Part shown: positions 9,691-19,435 of the stretch, piece by piece
How positions within the stretch are numbered: position 1 is the first letter of the stretch
Layout: each line of letters begins with the position of its first letter
Virus record (IMG/VR): IMGVR_UViG_3300043811_000078
DNA length: 64,000 nt
Direction: 5' to 3' (one strand)
Origin: an uncultured virus (IMG/VR IMGVR_UViG_3300043811_000078)
Lineage: Duplodnaviria; Heunggongvirae; Uroviricota; Caudoviricetes
Translations under genes and position numbers: made by a program
Notes under the pieces: generated by a model
What the model was told of the DNA's origin: nothing
What the model saw: only the letters and a program-made list of their open reading frames with translations
Databases searched by the model: none

Positions 9691-9912
9691 TGGGGACAAT
9701 TCTGGGGACAGTCGCAACCGCGTCCAGCGAATTGCAACGGCTATCTGAGCAGGTGAAACGGCGTGACCGGATGCTGTTGAACGCCCCTGAATGCGGGTTA
9801 CCGCGAACTCGTAATGCGTAGGTCATCGGTTCGATTCCGATAGGCGGCTCACAGGTCAGGCCCATGTTGCGATCTTCGCGGATCGGCGGATGGGACCAGT
9901 TCTGGGACCAGT
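9691..9912. mobile_element. attP: attP region: arm-type direct repeats flanking a tRNA-derived core
   Basis: TGGGGACA twice (9691, 9703) and TGGGACCAGT twice (9891, 9903), just downstream of the integrase stop. Confidence 0.8.
9807..9850 (+). tRNA. 3' half of tRNA-Thr(CGT), att core (not a full tRNA)
   Basis: ACTCGTAATGCGTAGGTCATCGGTTCGATTCCGATAGGCGGCTC: anticodon loop, T arm ATCGG/CCGAT, acceptor 3' strand; no 5' half. Confidence 0.85.
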
Positions 9913-9989
9913 TTTGAAAATCGGCCCGGCTATCTAGCTCCTAGACGCGTTCGAACGCGACCGGCGCCGGCCGTCCTTGGCGAGCGCTT

Positions 9990-11468
9990 TCACGTCCCCG
10001 AGTCCCTCCCGAAAAGAGCCTTCCCGATCGTCCGCGCCGCCCGCTGCGCCTGAGGCGACGCAGTCTCGATGTAACCCTCCGTGACGCGGATGTCGGAGTG
10101 GCCGAGCATCTCCTTGACGACCGTGATCGCGACCCCTTCATCGACGGCGAGGGTCGCGGCGGTGTGCCGGGTGCCGTGGACGCCGCGGTGCGCGACGCCC
10201 GAGGCCTCCTGCAGCCGCTTCCACTCCTCCCAGTCCTGCCGCGGGTCGACCGGGCTCCCGTTCCACCGGGTGAAGACGAGGTCGTGCTCCGTCCACTCGG
10301 ATCCGGCGAGCATCTTCGCCTCGAACTGCTTCTCCCGGTGCTCACGGAACGGCGCGCACAGCTCGGGGGGGATGGGGACGGTCTTGACCCTGGCGCGGCG
10401 CTTCTCCTTGATCTCGCGCAGCACGAGGGCACCGGACACCGGGACGCAGCCCTGCGGGAGCTTGCGGTCCGGGCAGTCGCGGGCGTGGCTTTCGCAGTCA
10501 TCCGGGCACGGCGACGGGCACGCCCTGGTGTGCTTCTTGCACCTGGCCGGGCACGGTTTCTTCTTGCAGTGCTTTGCCGCGCACTCGTGGCGCCGTTTCG
10601 CCGCGGCCTTATCGGTCTCGGCCTTGGCCGCCCCCTTCTTCCGCAGCGCCTTCTCCGTCTCGTCAGCGCAGCCGTGCTCCCAGGTGAGCCGCTGGAGCTG
10701 CCAGGAGATCCTCGCCTCGCCGGGCTCTCCCTCGGGAACGTCGATGTTCATGTACTCCCAGCGGAGCCCGAGTACCTCGCCCTGCCGGTTGCCGACCGAC
10801 ATGCCATAGGCCCACCGGAGCCAGTTCCCGCTTTTCTCCGCCTGGGCGAGGACGGCCCGCGCCTGCCTCTTGGTCAGTGATTTCTTCTCTGTCGCCGACA
10901 GCTCGGGGGGGTCGACATAGTCGCACGGGTTCACGATGACCGTCCCGCCGGCGAGGCCGTACTTCTGGGAGCGCTCAGCCTGGACCTTATAGGCGGAGCT
11001 GAGGATGACGTGGACCTTGACGACGTGCGAGGGTGCGTGGCCTGCGGCGAGCATGTCGGCGTAGCCGTCCTCGAGCCACTCGGGGAGCAGCCGGTCGATG
11101 CGGCAGCCGCCCCACCGGGGGAAGATGTCGTTGCGGCACTTCGACCAGTAGTCGGAGATCGTGCGCGGGGCGCGCCCTTTGGCCGGCAGGACGACGGCCA
11201 GGTGCCGGGTGAGCATCTCCTCCACGGTGGGGAGCTTGCCGGGTTTCCCGCCCTGGCCTGCGTCGCGCCTGTTCTCCAGTACGCGGACCGCCTTCCTGAG
11301 TTGAGGGAGGGACTTGCGCTGGAGGTGGCGGCGGTCCGGTTTCCCGTCAGGCTTGATCCCCATCCAGACCTTGGCCTCGTAGTAGCCGCGGTCATTCGGG
11401 ACCTGGCTGACCCACGACTCCAGGTTCGCTTTCCGTGTCCGCTTCGGTCCCGGTCCCGTCTCCGTCAT
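9990..11468 (-). CDS. int: Tyrosine integrase with Cys-rich insertion
   Basis: GNRQGEVLGLRW, HGTRHTAAT, LGHSDIRVTEGY catalytic motifs. Confidence 0.95.
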   Translation of the reverse strand: MTETGPGPKRTRKANLESWVSQVPNDRGYYEAKVWMGIKPDGKPDRRHLQRKSLPQLRKAVRVLENRRDAGQGGKPGKLPTVEEMLTRHLAVVLPAKGRAPRTISDYWSKCRNDIFPRWGGCRIDRLLPEWLEDGYADMLAAGHAPSHVVKVHVILSSAYKVQAERSQKYGLAGGTVIVNPCDYVDPPELSATEKKSLTKRQARAVLAQAEKSGNWLRWAYGMSVGNRQGEVLGLRWEYMNIDVPEGEPGEARISWQLQRLTWEHGCADETEKALRKKGAAKAETDKAAAKRRHECAAKHCKKKPCPARCKKHTRACPSPCPDDCESHARDCPDRKLPQGCVPVSGALVLREIKEKRRARVKTVPIPPELCAPFREHREKQFEAKMLAGSEWTEHDLVFTRWNGSPVDPRQDWEEWKRLQEASGVAHRGVHGTRHTAATLAVDEGVAITVVKEMLGHSDIRVTEGYIETASPQAQRAARTIGKALFGRDSGT

Positions 11469-11967
11469 CGTCTTCGGCCCCCTCGGGGTGCTCGTACTTC
11501 CAGATGCCGTCCTCTACCGCCTCGTCGAGGCCGCCCTCGCCGAGCTCGGCGGCCAGCTCGGCGGCCTGGCCGCGGACGCTCTCGTACGGGCTGTCCTGCG
11601 CGGCACTGACCGCCCGTACGGCGCCGTCCCTGGCGCGCAGGTATGCCGCGACCGACCGGATCACCTGCGCGCGGCCCGAGTGCAGGCGCCCGAGAGCGTG
11701 GTCGGCCATCATGAGTGCCGCGGTCTCGGGCGGGGGCCTGGTCAGCATGTCGACCGTGGTCGCGAGGATGCGGGCCAGCGACGCGGCTTCCATGACGCGC
11801 ACCGCCTGGCGGCCGGCCTCGGCGCGGGCGACGGTCGACTGGAACCACGCATGGCCGTCCTCGGTCATGAGGCGTGCCAGCTCGCGCTGGCCGATGCCCA
11901 GCCGGTCTCTCCCGGCGCGGAGGTTCGCGCCGAACCACTCGTCACCGCTTTCCCGCCCTGATGTCAC
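11392..11967 (-). CDS. XRE-family HTH repressor
   Basis: FGANLRAGRDRLGIGQRELA...WFQSTVARAEAGRQAV; upstream of int. Confidence 0.85.
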   Translation of the reverse strand: MTSGRESGDEWFGANLRAGRDRLGIGQRELARLMTEDGHAWFQSTVARAEAGRQAVRVMEAASLARILATTVDMLTRPPPETAALMMADHALGRLHSGRAQVIRSVAAYLRARDGAVRAVSAAQDSPYESVRGQAAELAAELGEGGLDEAVEDGIWKYEHPEGAEDDDGDGTGTEADTESEPGVVGQPGPE

Positions 11968-12096
11968 GCCGTCACCGTATAGCAGTTGAGAGTCACTGGC
12001 AATCGCAGGTTGCTATTGGCTGTCGTTGGCAGTACCGTGTGAACGCACGCCGGCATCACAGGTGATGCGATCTGGCTATCACGACAGGAGAAGCCG

Positions 12097-12345
12097 ATGA
12101 CGGACGCGGGTGACACCCCGGACGGGTCGCTGCTGCTGACCTACGACGAGGCGCGCCGCAAGATCGGCGTTTCCATCTCGCAGCTCTACCGGCTCATGCG
12201 CCAGGGGAAGATCCGCAAGCTCGAGCTGGCCCCGCAGGTGCGGCGCATCTCGCTCGCCGAGTGCGAGCGGTACGTCAGCGAGCTTGAGACCGAGCAGTAC
12301 GGCGAAGCATCCGGCGACGCAGGCCGCAAGCACTCCGCCGCATAA
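12097..12345 (+). CDS. Excisionase-like HTH protein
   Basis: LLTYDEARRKIGVSISQLYRLMRQGKI; divergent from the repressor. Confidence 0.8.
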   Translation: MTDAGDTPDGSLLLTYDEARRKIGVSISQLYRLMRQGKIRKLELAPQVRRISLAECERYVSELETEQYGEASGDAGRKHSAA

Positions 12346-12480
12346 CCCCCCGAACCCCTGTCCCGCGCCGCCCGGACGGGCGGCCGCAACCCCCGAAAGG
12401 TGCGAGTCCATGGATACCCCTGCGCCGGGAGCGCCGGAAATATCACGGCCAATGGCCATCACTGCCGCTGCGAGGCAGTC

Positions 12481-13089
12481 ATGACGGCCTTGTTCACGGT
12501 CGACCGCGAAGGTGACCGCCTGTCCGCCTCGGACGGGGTCTCGCGGTACGGCCATTACGTCCGCGACCGGATCCCGGGCGGCTTCGCCGAGCTGTGGGAC
12601 GGGACGTTCGAGGACCGGCTGAGGGAGCGGTTCGCGAAACTGGCCTGGTCCTGCGCGACCGGCCCGGTGATGTCGCCCCCGTACGCGGACTGGCACGCGC
12701 CGGTCCTGGACGTGCGGCTCAGCCTCGACGATAACGGCGGCCCCGGGCTCATCGCCGCGGTGGAGCTGGCGTCCCCGTGGCCGCAGGGCCTGCGGGACCG
12801 CCGCTACCAGCTCGGGGAGTCGTGGCACCCGTGGCCGCGCGAGCACTCGTTCGCCAGCGACGAGGACTGCCCGCGCGAGCCGTGGGCTGACGAGGTGACC
12901 CGGGGCAACTGCTACGCCCTCTCGTCGGTGCGCCTGGTGTTCGCGGTGCCGCTGGGGCGGCTCCCGGATGCGCCTGGCGCGTACCGCCGGCCCGGCGAGG
13001 TCGAGGAGACGGCCCGTGAGGCGGTCAGCGTGCTGGCCGCCGAGTTCAGCGCGGTCGTCGCCCCGGTTGCTGACGCGCTGGAGCGGTGA
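12481..13089 (+). CDS. Hypothetical protein
   Basis: ATG start, codon bias. Confidence 0.6.
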   Translation: MTALFTVDREGDRLSASDGVSRYGHYVRDRIPGGFAELWDGTFEDRLRERFAKLAWSCATGPVMSPPYADWHAPVLDVRLSLDDNGGPGLIAAVELASPWPQGLRDRRYQLGESWHPWPREHSFASDEDCPREPWADEVTRGNCYALSSVRLVFAVPLGRLPDAPGAYRRPGEVEETAREAVSVLAAEFSAVVAPVADALER

Positions 13090-13165
13090 TGCGGATCTTC
13101 TTCACTGCTGCCGCCGGGGTCGTCGTGATCGTGCTCATCGTCCTCGCGGCGCGGGGCGGTGACCG

Positions 13166-13759
13166 GTGAGCGCGGCCGGATGGAACGCGGACCCCGTCGA
13201 CGCGGATGCCCTGCTAGCGGAACTCGCCGCGTGGTGGCAGGATCCGGAACCGGACCACTACTCGCGCAACATCCCCGCCAGGATCGCCGGCGGCAAATGG
13301 GATCAGGAAGTCCCGGTCGGGACCCGGAACCCGTACTGGGAAATCATCCGCCAGCTCCCGCTGTCGGACATACCGTTCCCGCGGGAAACGCGGCCCGAGC
13401 CTATGACGCACCTGTTCACGGGCACGCCGGGGAACGATCTCCGCGTCTTCGCTGACCGGTTCTCCCTCTGCCGGACGTTCTCCTGGTCGATTCCGTCGCC
13501 AGGGGATATCGCGTGGATGCGGGACATCCTCGGCGGGAAGGGCGTCGTGGAGACGGGGGCAGCGCAGTCCCTGGCCTGCTACGACGGTGACCTGCTGATC
13601 TTCGCGGGAGAGCCGGAAGGCGGGTGCGCCGCTGATGACGAGTTCTTCAAGCTGCTTGACGCCGAATGGGAAGAGTCCGGCGTCGCTCCGCAGCACGTCA
13701 GCCACTGGGGCATCCATTGCTACCTGACCGCTTACATGCGGAAGGGGGCCGCGTCGTGA
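13166..13759 (+). CDS. Hypothetical protein with possible methyltransferase-fold remnant
   Basis: SWSIPS...VVETGA...LIFAGE. Confidence 0.5.
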   Translation: MSAAGWNADPVDADALLAELAAWWQDPEPDHYSRNIPARIAGGKWDQEVPVGTRNPYWEIIRQLPLSDIPFPRETRPEPMTHLFTGTPGNDLRVFADRFSLCRTFSWSIPSPGDIAWMRDILGGKGVVETGAAQSLACYDGDLLIFAGEPEGGCAADDEFFKLLDAEWEESGVAPQHVSHWGIHCYLTAYMRKGAAS

Positions 13760-15540
13760 GCGCCCCGACGCTGCCGAACGGCTTCCGGGCCGCACGGGAC
13801 GACGACTTCCCGGCGACGGGGCAGCAGATCGCCCTCGGCCCGCATGAGGAACTGGCGGAGCTGGTACGGCGGGGACGGATGACGCCGGTGCCGGACGTGC
13901 CGTACACGGGACCGGTGACCGGGGACCAGCTTGACTCGCTCGCGGTACTGGAGGCGCTGGGTGAGACGCAGCGGCTTGACCGCGCGCCCTCGGCGTCCCC
14001 GTTCTTGCAGCACCGGGGCGTGTTCCGGACGGGGATTCACCGGGTCAGCCGGTCCGCGGTCGCGCTGGGACTGATCCTGATCGTTCAGGCGGCGCTGTCG
14101 CTAAGGCTCATCTGGTCGAACACGGCGTTCCCCGACGAGGCGCTGTACCTGTGGGCCGGGCACCTGGAGTGGGCGCACTGGCTGCACGGCGCGCCGCTGC
14201 CCGCCTTCCCGACGTATTTCTCCGGAGCCCCGGTCGTGTATCCGCCGGTCGGCGCGCTAGCCGACTCTCTCGGCGGACTGGCCGGCGCCCGGATCCTGTC
14301 CCTGTGCTTCATGCTGACGGCGACATGTCTCCTGCACTCGCTAACGCGGAGCCTGTTCGGCCGGCGTGCGGCTCTGCTTGCGGCGGGCATGTTCGCGGCA
14401 ACTGCGGCGACGCAGTTCCTCGGAGCGTTCGCCACTTATGACTCGATGGCGCTGACGCTGCTGGCATTCGCCGCATGGCTTGCTGTAAAGGCGGCCGAAC
14501 GCGGTTCCGCCGTCGCGGCCTTCGGGATCGCAGGTAGCTGCGGGGCAGTGCTGGCGGTGGCCGACGCGGCGAAGTATGCGGCAGCCCTCTGGAATCCAGT
14601 GGTGGTCGCACTGGTGATCCTGCTCGCGTGGCGGGCGCGAGGCCTCCGTGCCGGCGTCGCCGCAGGTGCCCTGTGCGCAGCGGTGCTCGCCGCTGCTGTC
14701 GCCGCCGCACTGGAGCTCGCAGGGCATCCCTACTGGCGGGGCATCACATTCACCACCCTGGGCCGCGCTCACGGGTCGTCGTCGGCGGCCGGGATCGCCG
14801 CGGACAGCCTCGGCTGGGTTGGCGTAGCGGGGGTCCTCGCCGCGCTCGGCGCGGTAATCATGACCGTCCGGAGCCGCGACCTGCCGCTGAGGCTGACCAC
14901 GTGGGTGCTGGCTGGCGCCATCATCCTCGCACCTGCGAACCAGGCCCGGATTCACGTGTTCACCAGCTTGTTCAAGCACGTGGGGTTCGGGGCGTGGTTC
15001 GCTGCGGCCGCTGCGGGATACGCGCTCGCGTCGCTGGCCGATGCGGTGCCCGCAGCGAAGCGCCACAGCGCACTCCGGGCTGCTGGAGGGGCGATTGCGG
15101 GGGCCGCGCTGCTGGGTGCTGCGCTGGCCGCGACTCATTTCGGGTCATGGCCGGACAGCGCGCAATTCACGGCGAAGCTGCGGACAGTCCTGGCTGGCGA
15201 GCGGGGGCCGGTGCTGGCGGCCGATAACGGCAACGTGATCGAGTACTACCTGCCCGGCGAGGCCGGGGGCGTTGTCTTCTACGGGCCATGGTTCTTCGAC
15301 TACCGGGATCCGGAGACGGGCAAGCACCTTGTCGACGCTCCCGGGTTCGCGGATGCGGTCCGGCACCGGTACTTCTCCGTCGTCGCACTGTCGTTCTCCG
15401 ACTCGCAGCCCGTTGACGTAGAGATCAGTGCCGACATCCGCGCTTACGGCGGCTACCGGCTGGTGTCGGTGCTCCCGTACCGGGTGGCGGGATGGCAGAG
15501 CGCATTCCGGATCTGGGTCCGGGAAGGGGCCTCAAAGTGA
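13756..15540 (+). CDS. GT-C (PMT/ArnT-like) membrane glycosyltransferase
   Basis: AFPDEALYLWAGH, many TM helices. Confidence 0.8.
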   Translation: MSAPTLPNGFRAARDDDFPATGQQIALGPHEELAELVRRGRMTPVPDVPYTGPVTGDQLDSLAVLEALGETQRLDRAPSASPFLQHRGVFRTGIHRVSRSAVALGLILIVQAALSLRLIWSNTAFPDEALYLWAGHLEWAHWLHGAPLPAFPTYFSGAPVVYPPVGALADSLGGLAGARILSLCFMLTATCLLHSLTRSLFGRRAALLAAGMFAATAATQFLGAFATYDSMALTLLAFAAWLAVKAAERGSAVAAFGIAGSCGAVLAVADAAKYAAALWNPVVVALVILLAWRARGLRAGVAAGALCAAVLAAAVAAALELAGHPYWRGITFTTLGRAHGSSSAAGIAADSLGWVGVAGVLAALGAVIMTVRSRDLPLRLTTWVLAGAIILAPANQARIHVFTSLFKHVGFGAWFAAAAAGYALASLADAVPAAKRHSALRAAGGAIAGAALLGAALAATHFGSWPDSAQFTAKLRTVLAGERGPVLAADNGNVIEYYLPGEAGGVVFYGPWFFDYRDPETGKHLVDAPGFADAVRHRYFSVVALSFSDSQPVDVEISADIRAYGGYRLVSVLPYRVAGWQSAFRIWVREGASK

Positions 15541-17075
15541 CCGCGGCTGCTGCCGGGCGTCACCGGTCAGCCCGGAGCCTGATCCTTCCCTCTGCTCCGG
15601 ACGCCGACGAGAAGACGTCGTACGCGTGGCGCTCGCTTCCGCTGCTGACCGGCGCGATCACCGTCAGCGCCCTGTGCATCATCATCGCCCAGGCGTGGCT
15701 TGAGGCCAAGTACCTGGTTGCGCTGCCGTTCGCCGTCTACACGCTCGCCTACCTCGCCTACCAGTGCCTGTCCGTCCCGGTGAACTTCACCGGGGGCAGC
15801 TTCGACCTCGAAGAGCACGAGCTGCGGGTGATGACCTGGCAGCCGGAGCGCTACCCGGACGTCGACGTGTTCCTGCCGGTGTGCGGGGAGCCGCTCGCGG
15901 TGCTGGCCAACACGTGGGAGGGCGTCGCGGAGATGCGCGATTCCTACCCCGGCGACGTGCGCCCGTACGTCCTCGACGACGCCCACGACGACGGCGTGGC
16001 CGCACTGGCGCGCCGGGTCGGCTTCGGGTACGGACGCCGCTCCGAGCGGATCCACAAGAAGGCGGGGAACATCCGGCACGCGTTCGCCCGGACCCGCGGC
16101 GAGCACATCGTGATCTTCGATGCGGACTTCCGGCCCCGCCCCGATTTCCTCGCCGAGACGCTGCCGTACATGGACGACCCTGCGACCGGGATCGTGCAGA
16201 CCCCCCAGTACTTCCGCGTCGCCAAGGGGCAGACGTGGGTGGAGAAGGCCGCAGCGGCGACGCTGGAGGTCTTCTACCGGTCGGTGCAGCAGTCCCGCGA
16301 CCGGTTCGGGTCGGCGCTGTGCGTCGGGTCCAACGCCGTCTACCGCCGTGCCGCGCTCGAGGCCGTGGGCGGCTGTACTCTCATCCCGTACGCGGAGGAC
16401 TCCCACACCGGGCTCGACGCGAGGCGGGCCGGCTACGCGCTGAAGTACCTGCCCGTCCCGCTGGCGGCCGGGGTGTGCCCGTCCGGCATCGACAAGTTCA
16501 TGGGCCAGCAGTACCGGTGGTGCTGCGGAGCCACGTCCCTGGTGTGGACCAAGCACATGTGGCGGGTGCCGATGCCCTGGAAGTCGCGGCTCCCGTACGT
16601 CGCCGGGTGGATGTGGAACTTCACCACTGCACTGCGCACCGTCATCATCCCGCTGATCCCCGTGGTCCTGCTGGCGTTCCTGCCCGCCGAGATCCAGCTC
16701 CGCAACGCGCTGCTGCTCATACCCGCCGTCATCACCGGCACCGTGCTGTACCCGCTGTGGCACAACACGAAGTGGCCGCTCGGGACATGGCCGCTGGCCA
16801 TCGCCGTCGGCTGGGCGCAGGCCCTCGCCTTGTGGGATTTCGCCCGCGGCAACGTCATGTCGTGGCAGCCGACCCGCGGCCCGAAAGACGCCGCGCGGCG
16901 CTTCCGCAAGTGCCTCGTCGCCTGGAACGGGACGCTGGCCGTCGCGTGGCTCGCCCTCGCCGCCTGGCGCATCGCGCAGACCGGCAGCGACCGGTTCGCC
17001 ATCGTCGCCGCCTTCGGCATCGTCAACGCGGTCATCATCGGCCGCATCGCATTCCCCGGAAAGGACGTCTCGTGA
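15537..17075 (+). CDS. Cellulose-synthase-like GT2
   Basis: VLDD, KAGN, FDADF, QTPQ, AEDS, QQYRW. Confidence 0.9.
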   Translation: MTAAAAGRHRSARSLILPSAPDADEKTSYAWRSLPLLTGAITVSALCIIIAQAWLEAKYLVALPFAVYTLAYLAYQCLSVPVNFTGGSFDLEEHELRVMTWQPERYPDVDVFLPVCGEPLAVLANTWEGVAEMRDSYPGDVRPYVLDDAHDDGVAALARRVGFGYGRRSERIHKKAGNIRHAFARTRGEHIVIFDADFRPRPDFLAETLPYMDDPATGIVQTPQYFRVAKGQTWVEKAAAATLEVFYRSVQQSRDRFGSALCVGSNAVYRRAALEAVGGCTLIPYAEDSHTGLDARRAGYALKYLPVPLAAGVCPSGIDKFMGQQYRWCCGATSLVWTKHMWRVPMPWKSRLPYVAGWMWNFTTALRTVIIPLIPVVLLAFLPAEIQLRNALLLIPAVITGTVLYPLWHNTKWPLGTWPLAIAVGWAQALALWDFARGNVMSWQPTRGPKDAARRFRKCLVAWNGTLAVAWLALAAWRIAQTGSDRFAIVAAFGIVNAVIIGRIAFPGKDVS

Positions 17076-17986
17076 AACTCGCCGCCCTCGCAGGCATCGC
17101 CCTGTCCGCCGCCCTCACAGGCTGCGCGGCGACGGCACCTGTCCCGCCGGCCCCTCGCCCGGTGACGATCCCCGCGATCCCGGATTCCCTCAACGGCGTG
17201 TACGAGCCCGGCGCCCCCGCCTCCTATGCCGGGATCACCCGGTTCGCTGCGGCGACTGGCGCCGCGCCGGAGCTGGCCCTCTACTACTCGGCGTGGTTCG
17301 AGCGGTTCGCCGCGGGGTTCGCCGCGCAGGCGCACGCTCACGGCGCGGTCCCGTTCGTCCAGATCCAGTCCGGCCGCGAGCCGCTGGCGGGGATCACGGC
17401 GGGACGCTTCGACGCCTTCCTGCGGGCCTACGCCCTCTCGGTGAAGGCGTACGGGCATCCGGTGGTCCTCAGCTTCGATCACGAGATGAACGGAGGCTGG
17501 TACCCCTGGGGTGCCGGTCACACCGCTCCCGCCGTATACATCGCGGCATGGCGGCACGTCGTGGGCGTCTTCCGCGCCGTCGGCGCATCAAACGTGACGT
17601 GGATGTGGACTGTCAACTCAACCAACGTGGCCACGGATTCCCTGCGCCAGTGGTGGCCAGGATCCGCCTACGTCGGCTGGGTCGGGATCGACGGCTATTA
17701 CTACTACTCCACCGACACCTTCGCGTCGGTGTTCGGCGCGACCGTCGCGCAGGTACGGAAGTTCACCACCGCCCCGGTCCTGATCGCGGAGACCGCGGTG
17801 GGGACGACGGCTGACCGTGACGCGCAGATCACAGGCCTGTTCGCCGGGGTGAAGGCAGACAAGCTGCTCGGCCTGGTGTGGTTCGACGAGAAGCAGGACA
17901 AGGGCGTCTATCACCAGGACTGGCGGCTGGAAAATGACCCGCCTGCGCTCGCCGCGTACCGGGCTGCGGTCAAGGCGGCACGGTGA
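17072..17986 (+). CDS. GH26-like glycoside hydrolase lipoprotein
   Basis: Lipobox LTGC; FDHEMNGGWYPWG; WWPG..YVGWVGIDGY; IAET. Confidence 0.85.
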   Translation: MKLAALAGIALSAALTGCAATAPVPPAPRPVTIPAIPDSLNGVYEPGAPASYAGITRFAAATGAAPELALYYSAWFERFAAGFAAQAHAHGAVPFVQIQSGREPLAGITAGRFDAFLRAYALSVKAYGHPVVLSFDHEMNGGWYPWGAGHTAPAVYIAAWRHVVGVFRAVGASNVTWMWTVNSTNVATDSLRQWWPGSAYVGWVGIDGYYYYSTDTFASVFGATVAQVRKFTTAPVLIAETAVGTTADRDAQITGLFAGVKADKLLGLVWFDEKQDKGVYHQDWRLENDPPALAAYRAAVKAAR

Positions 17987-18444
17987 CCCATCCCCTCACC
18001 ACGGAGGAATTCGACGCGATCTACGCCCGCGTCCCGCGCCTGACCGTGGAGGTCATCCTCCGCGACCACCGCGGCGTGTTCCTCACCCGCCGCGATTCAG
18101 GGCCGTGCGCCGGCCGCTGGCACATCCCCGGCGGCACCGTCCGCTTCGCCGAACCGCTGCACCAGGCCGTGGAACGCGTCGCGCGGGACAAACTCGGCGT
18201 GACCGTCACAGCCTCCCGCCACGCAGGGTTCATCGAGTACCCGTCCCACTACCTGGAGGGCACCGATACCCCGGTGGGGGCGGCGTTCGAGGCGGACTGG
18301 GACGGGGATCCGGTGCCGGTGGCCGGGGCGCTGGACGCGGGATGGTTCACGGCCGCGCCGGACGGGATGCATGACGAGCAGGCCCGGTTCCTCGGATGGC
18401 ACACACAAGACGACCCGGCCGGGACCCCCGGCCGGGCGACCTAG
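17983..18444 (+). CDS. Nudix hydrolase (GDP-mannose hydrolase-like)
   Basis: VPRLTVEVI...WHIPGGTVRFAEPLHQAVERVARDKLG. Confidence 0.8.
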   Translation: MTHPLTTEEFDAIYARVPRLTVEVILRDHRGVFLTRRDSGPCAGRWHIPGGTVRFAEPLHQAVERVARDKLGVTVTASRHAGFIEYPSHYLEGTDTPVGAAFEADWDGDPVPVAGALDAGWFTAAPDGMHDEQARFLGWHTQDDPAGTPGRAT

Positions 18445-18473
18445 CACGACCACGACACAAAGGAACTAGCCCC

Positions 18474-19346
18474 TTGAGAACAGCAAGGATCCTGGCGGCA
18501 GCATCAGCCGTCGCCCTCACGGCCGGACTGGCGCTCGCGCCCGCAGCGGCATCAGCAAGCCCGGCAGCGGTGCCGTCAGCCAGCCCCCGGGTGACGGTCA
18601 GCGGCCCGCTGAGGGCCGCCCCGGCAGCGGAACTGCCCCGCACCCACCTGCCCGCAGTGAAGCCCCAGCGGTCCAGCACCTACTACAGCTCGAACTGGTC
18701 AGGCTGGGTGGCCGCCGCCCGCTCAGGCAAGACGATCACGTCGGCCAGCGTGAACTACACCATCCCGTCGCTCGACAGCGGGAAGTGCACGCCGGGCACG
18801 TCCGGCTACGCATACAACTCCGACTGGGTAGGCCTCGACGGGTTCAGTGACGGGACCGTCGAGCAGACAGGCACCGCGGACTACTGCTACGCAGGCGGCG
18901 GCACCGGCCTCTACGCCTGGTACGAGATGTACCCGCTGAACCCGGTCGCCTACTCCGGGGTGCGCCCCGGCGACGCCATCGACGTGTCGGTGACCTACAG
19001 CACGTCCACCAGGCTGTATCACCTGGTGCTGAAGGACGTGACGATCGATGGCGAGATCTCGGTGTACGAGGGCTGCCCGTCCGGGTCGGTGTGCCATGAC
19101 TCGTCGGCTGAGGTGGTCGACGAGGCCCCCGGCGGCGGTCCCGGCGGCGGCTACAACCTCGCCGACTTCGGCCAGACCGGCTTCACCGCCGCGACCGTCG
19201 CAGGCTCCGGGATCTCCGGGACGCTCGCGTCGTCGGCGGACTGGACCGCCGACGATGTGGTCATGGAGTACGACCACATCATGGACGTCCCGACCGGCCT
19301 CGAAGGCGGCCAGGCGTTCGACTCCGACTGGGAAGCCCCGTATTAA
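18474..19346 (+). CDS. Secreted G1-family glutamic peptidase
   Basis: Signal peptide; SSNWSGW, WVGLDG, EQTGT, AWYEMYP, SAEVVDE. Confidence 0.88.
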   Translation: MRTARILAAASAVALTAGLALAPAAASASPAAVPSASPRVTVSGPLRAAPAAELPRTHLPAVKPQRSSTYYSSNWSGWVAAARSGKTITSASVNYTIPSLDSGKCTPGTSGYAYNSDWVGLDGFSDGTVEQTGTADYCYAGGGTGLYAWYEMYPLNPVAYSGVRPGDAIDVSVTYSTSTRLYHLVLKDVTIDGEISVYEGCPSGSVCHDSSAEVVDEAPGGGPGGGYNLADFGQTGFTAATVAGSGISGTLASSADWTADDVVMEYDHIMDVPTGLEGGQAFDSDWEAPY

Positions 19347-19355
19347 CCCCTGAAC

Positions 19356-19393
19356 GCGGCTGCGGGTACCGCCTTCCCGGTGCCCGCAGCCGC
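19356..19393. terminator. GC-rich hairpin after the peptidase gene
   Basis: GCGGCTGCGGGTACCG / CGGTGCCCGCAGCCGC. Confidence 0.6.
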
Positions 19394-19435
19394 CCTATTG
19401 CAAGCGCACGGAGATGTGCAGAGAGGGGGGAAGCG

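Noticed and set aside
9807..9850. Functional tRNA-Thr gene
   Set aside because: 5' half is absent; it is the att core
15764..17071. 740-aa ORF as a fusion to GH26
   Set aside because: The upstream part is an off-frame overlap of the GT2 gene; the real start is GTG at 17072 with a lipoprotein signal
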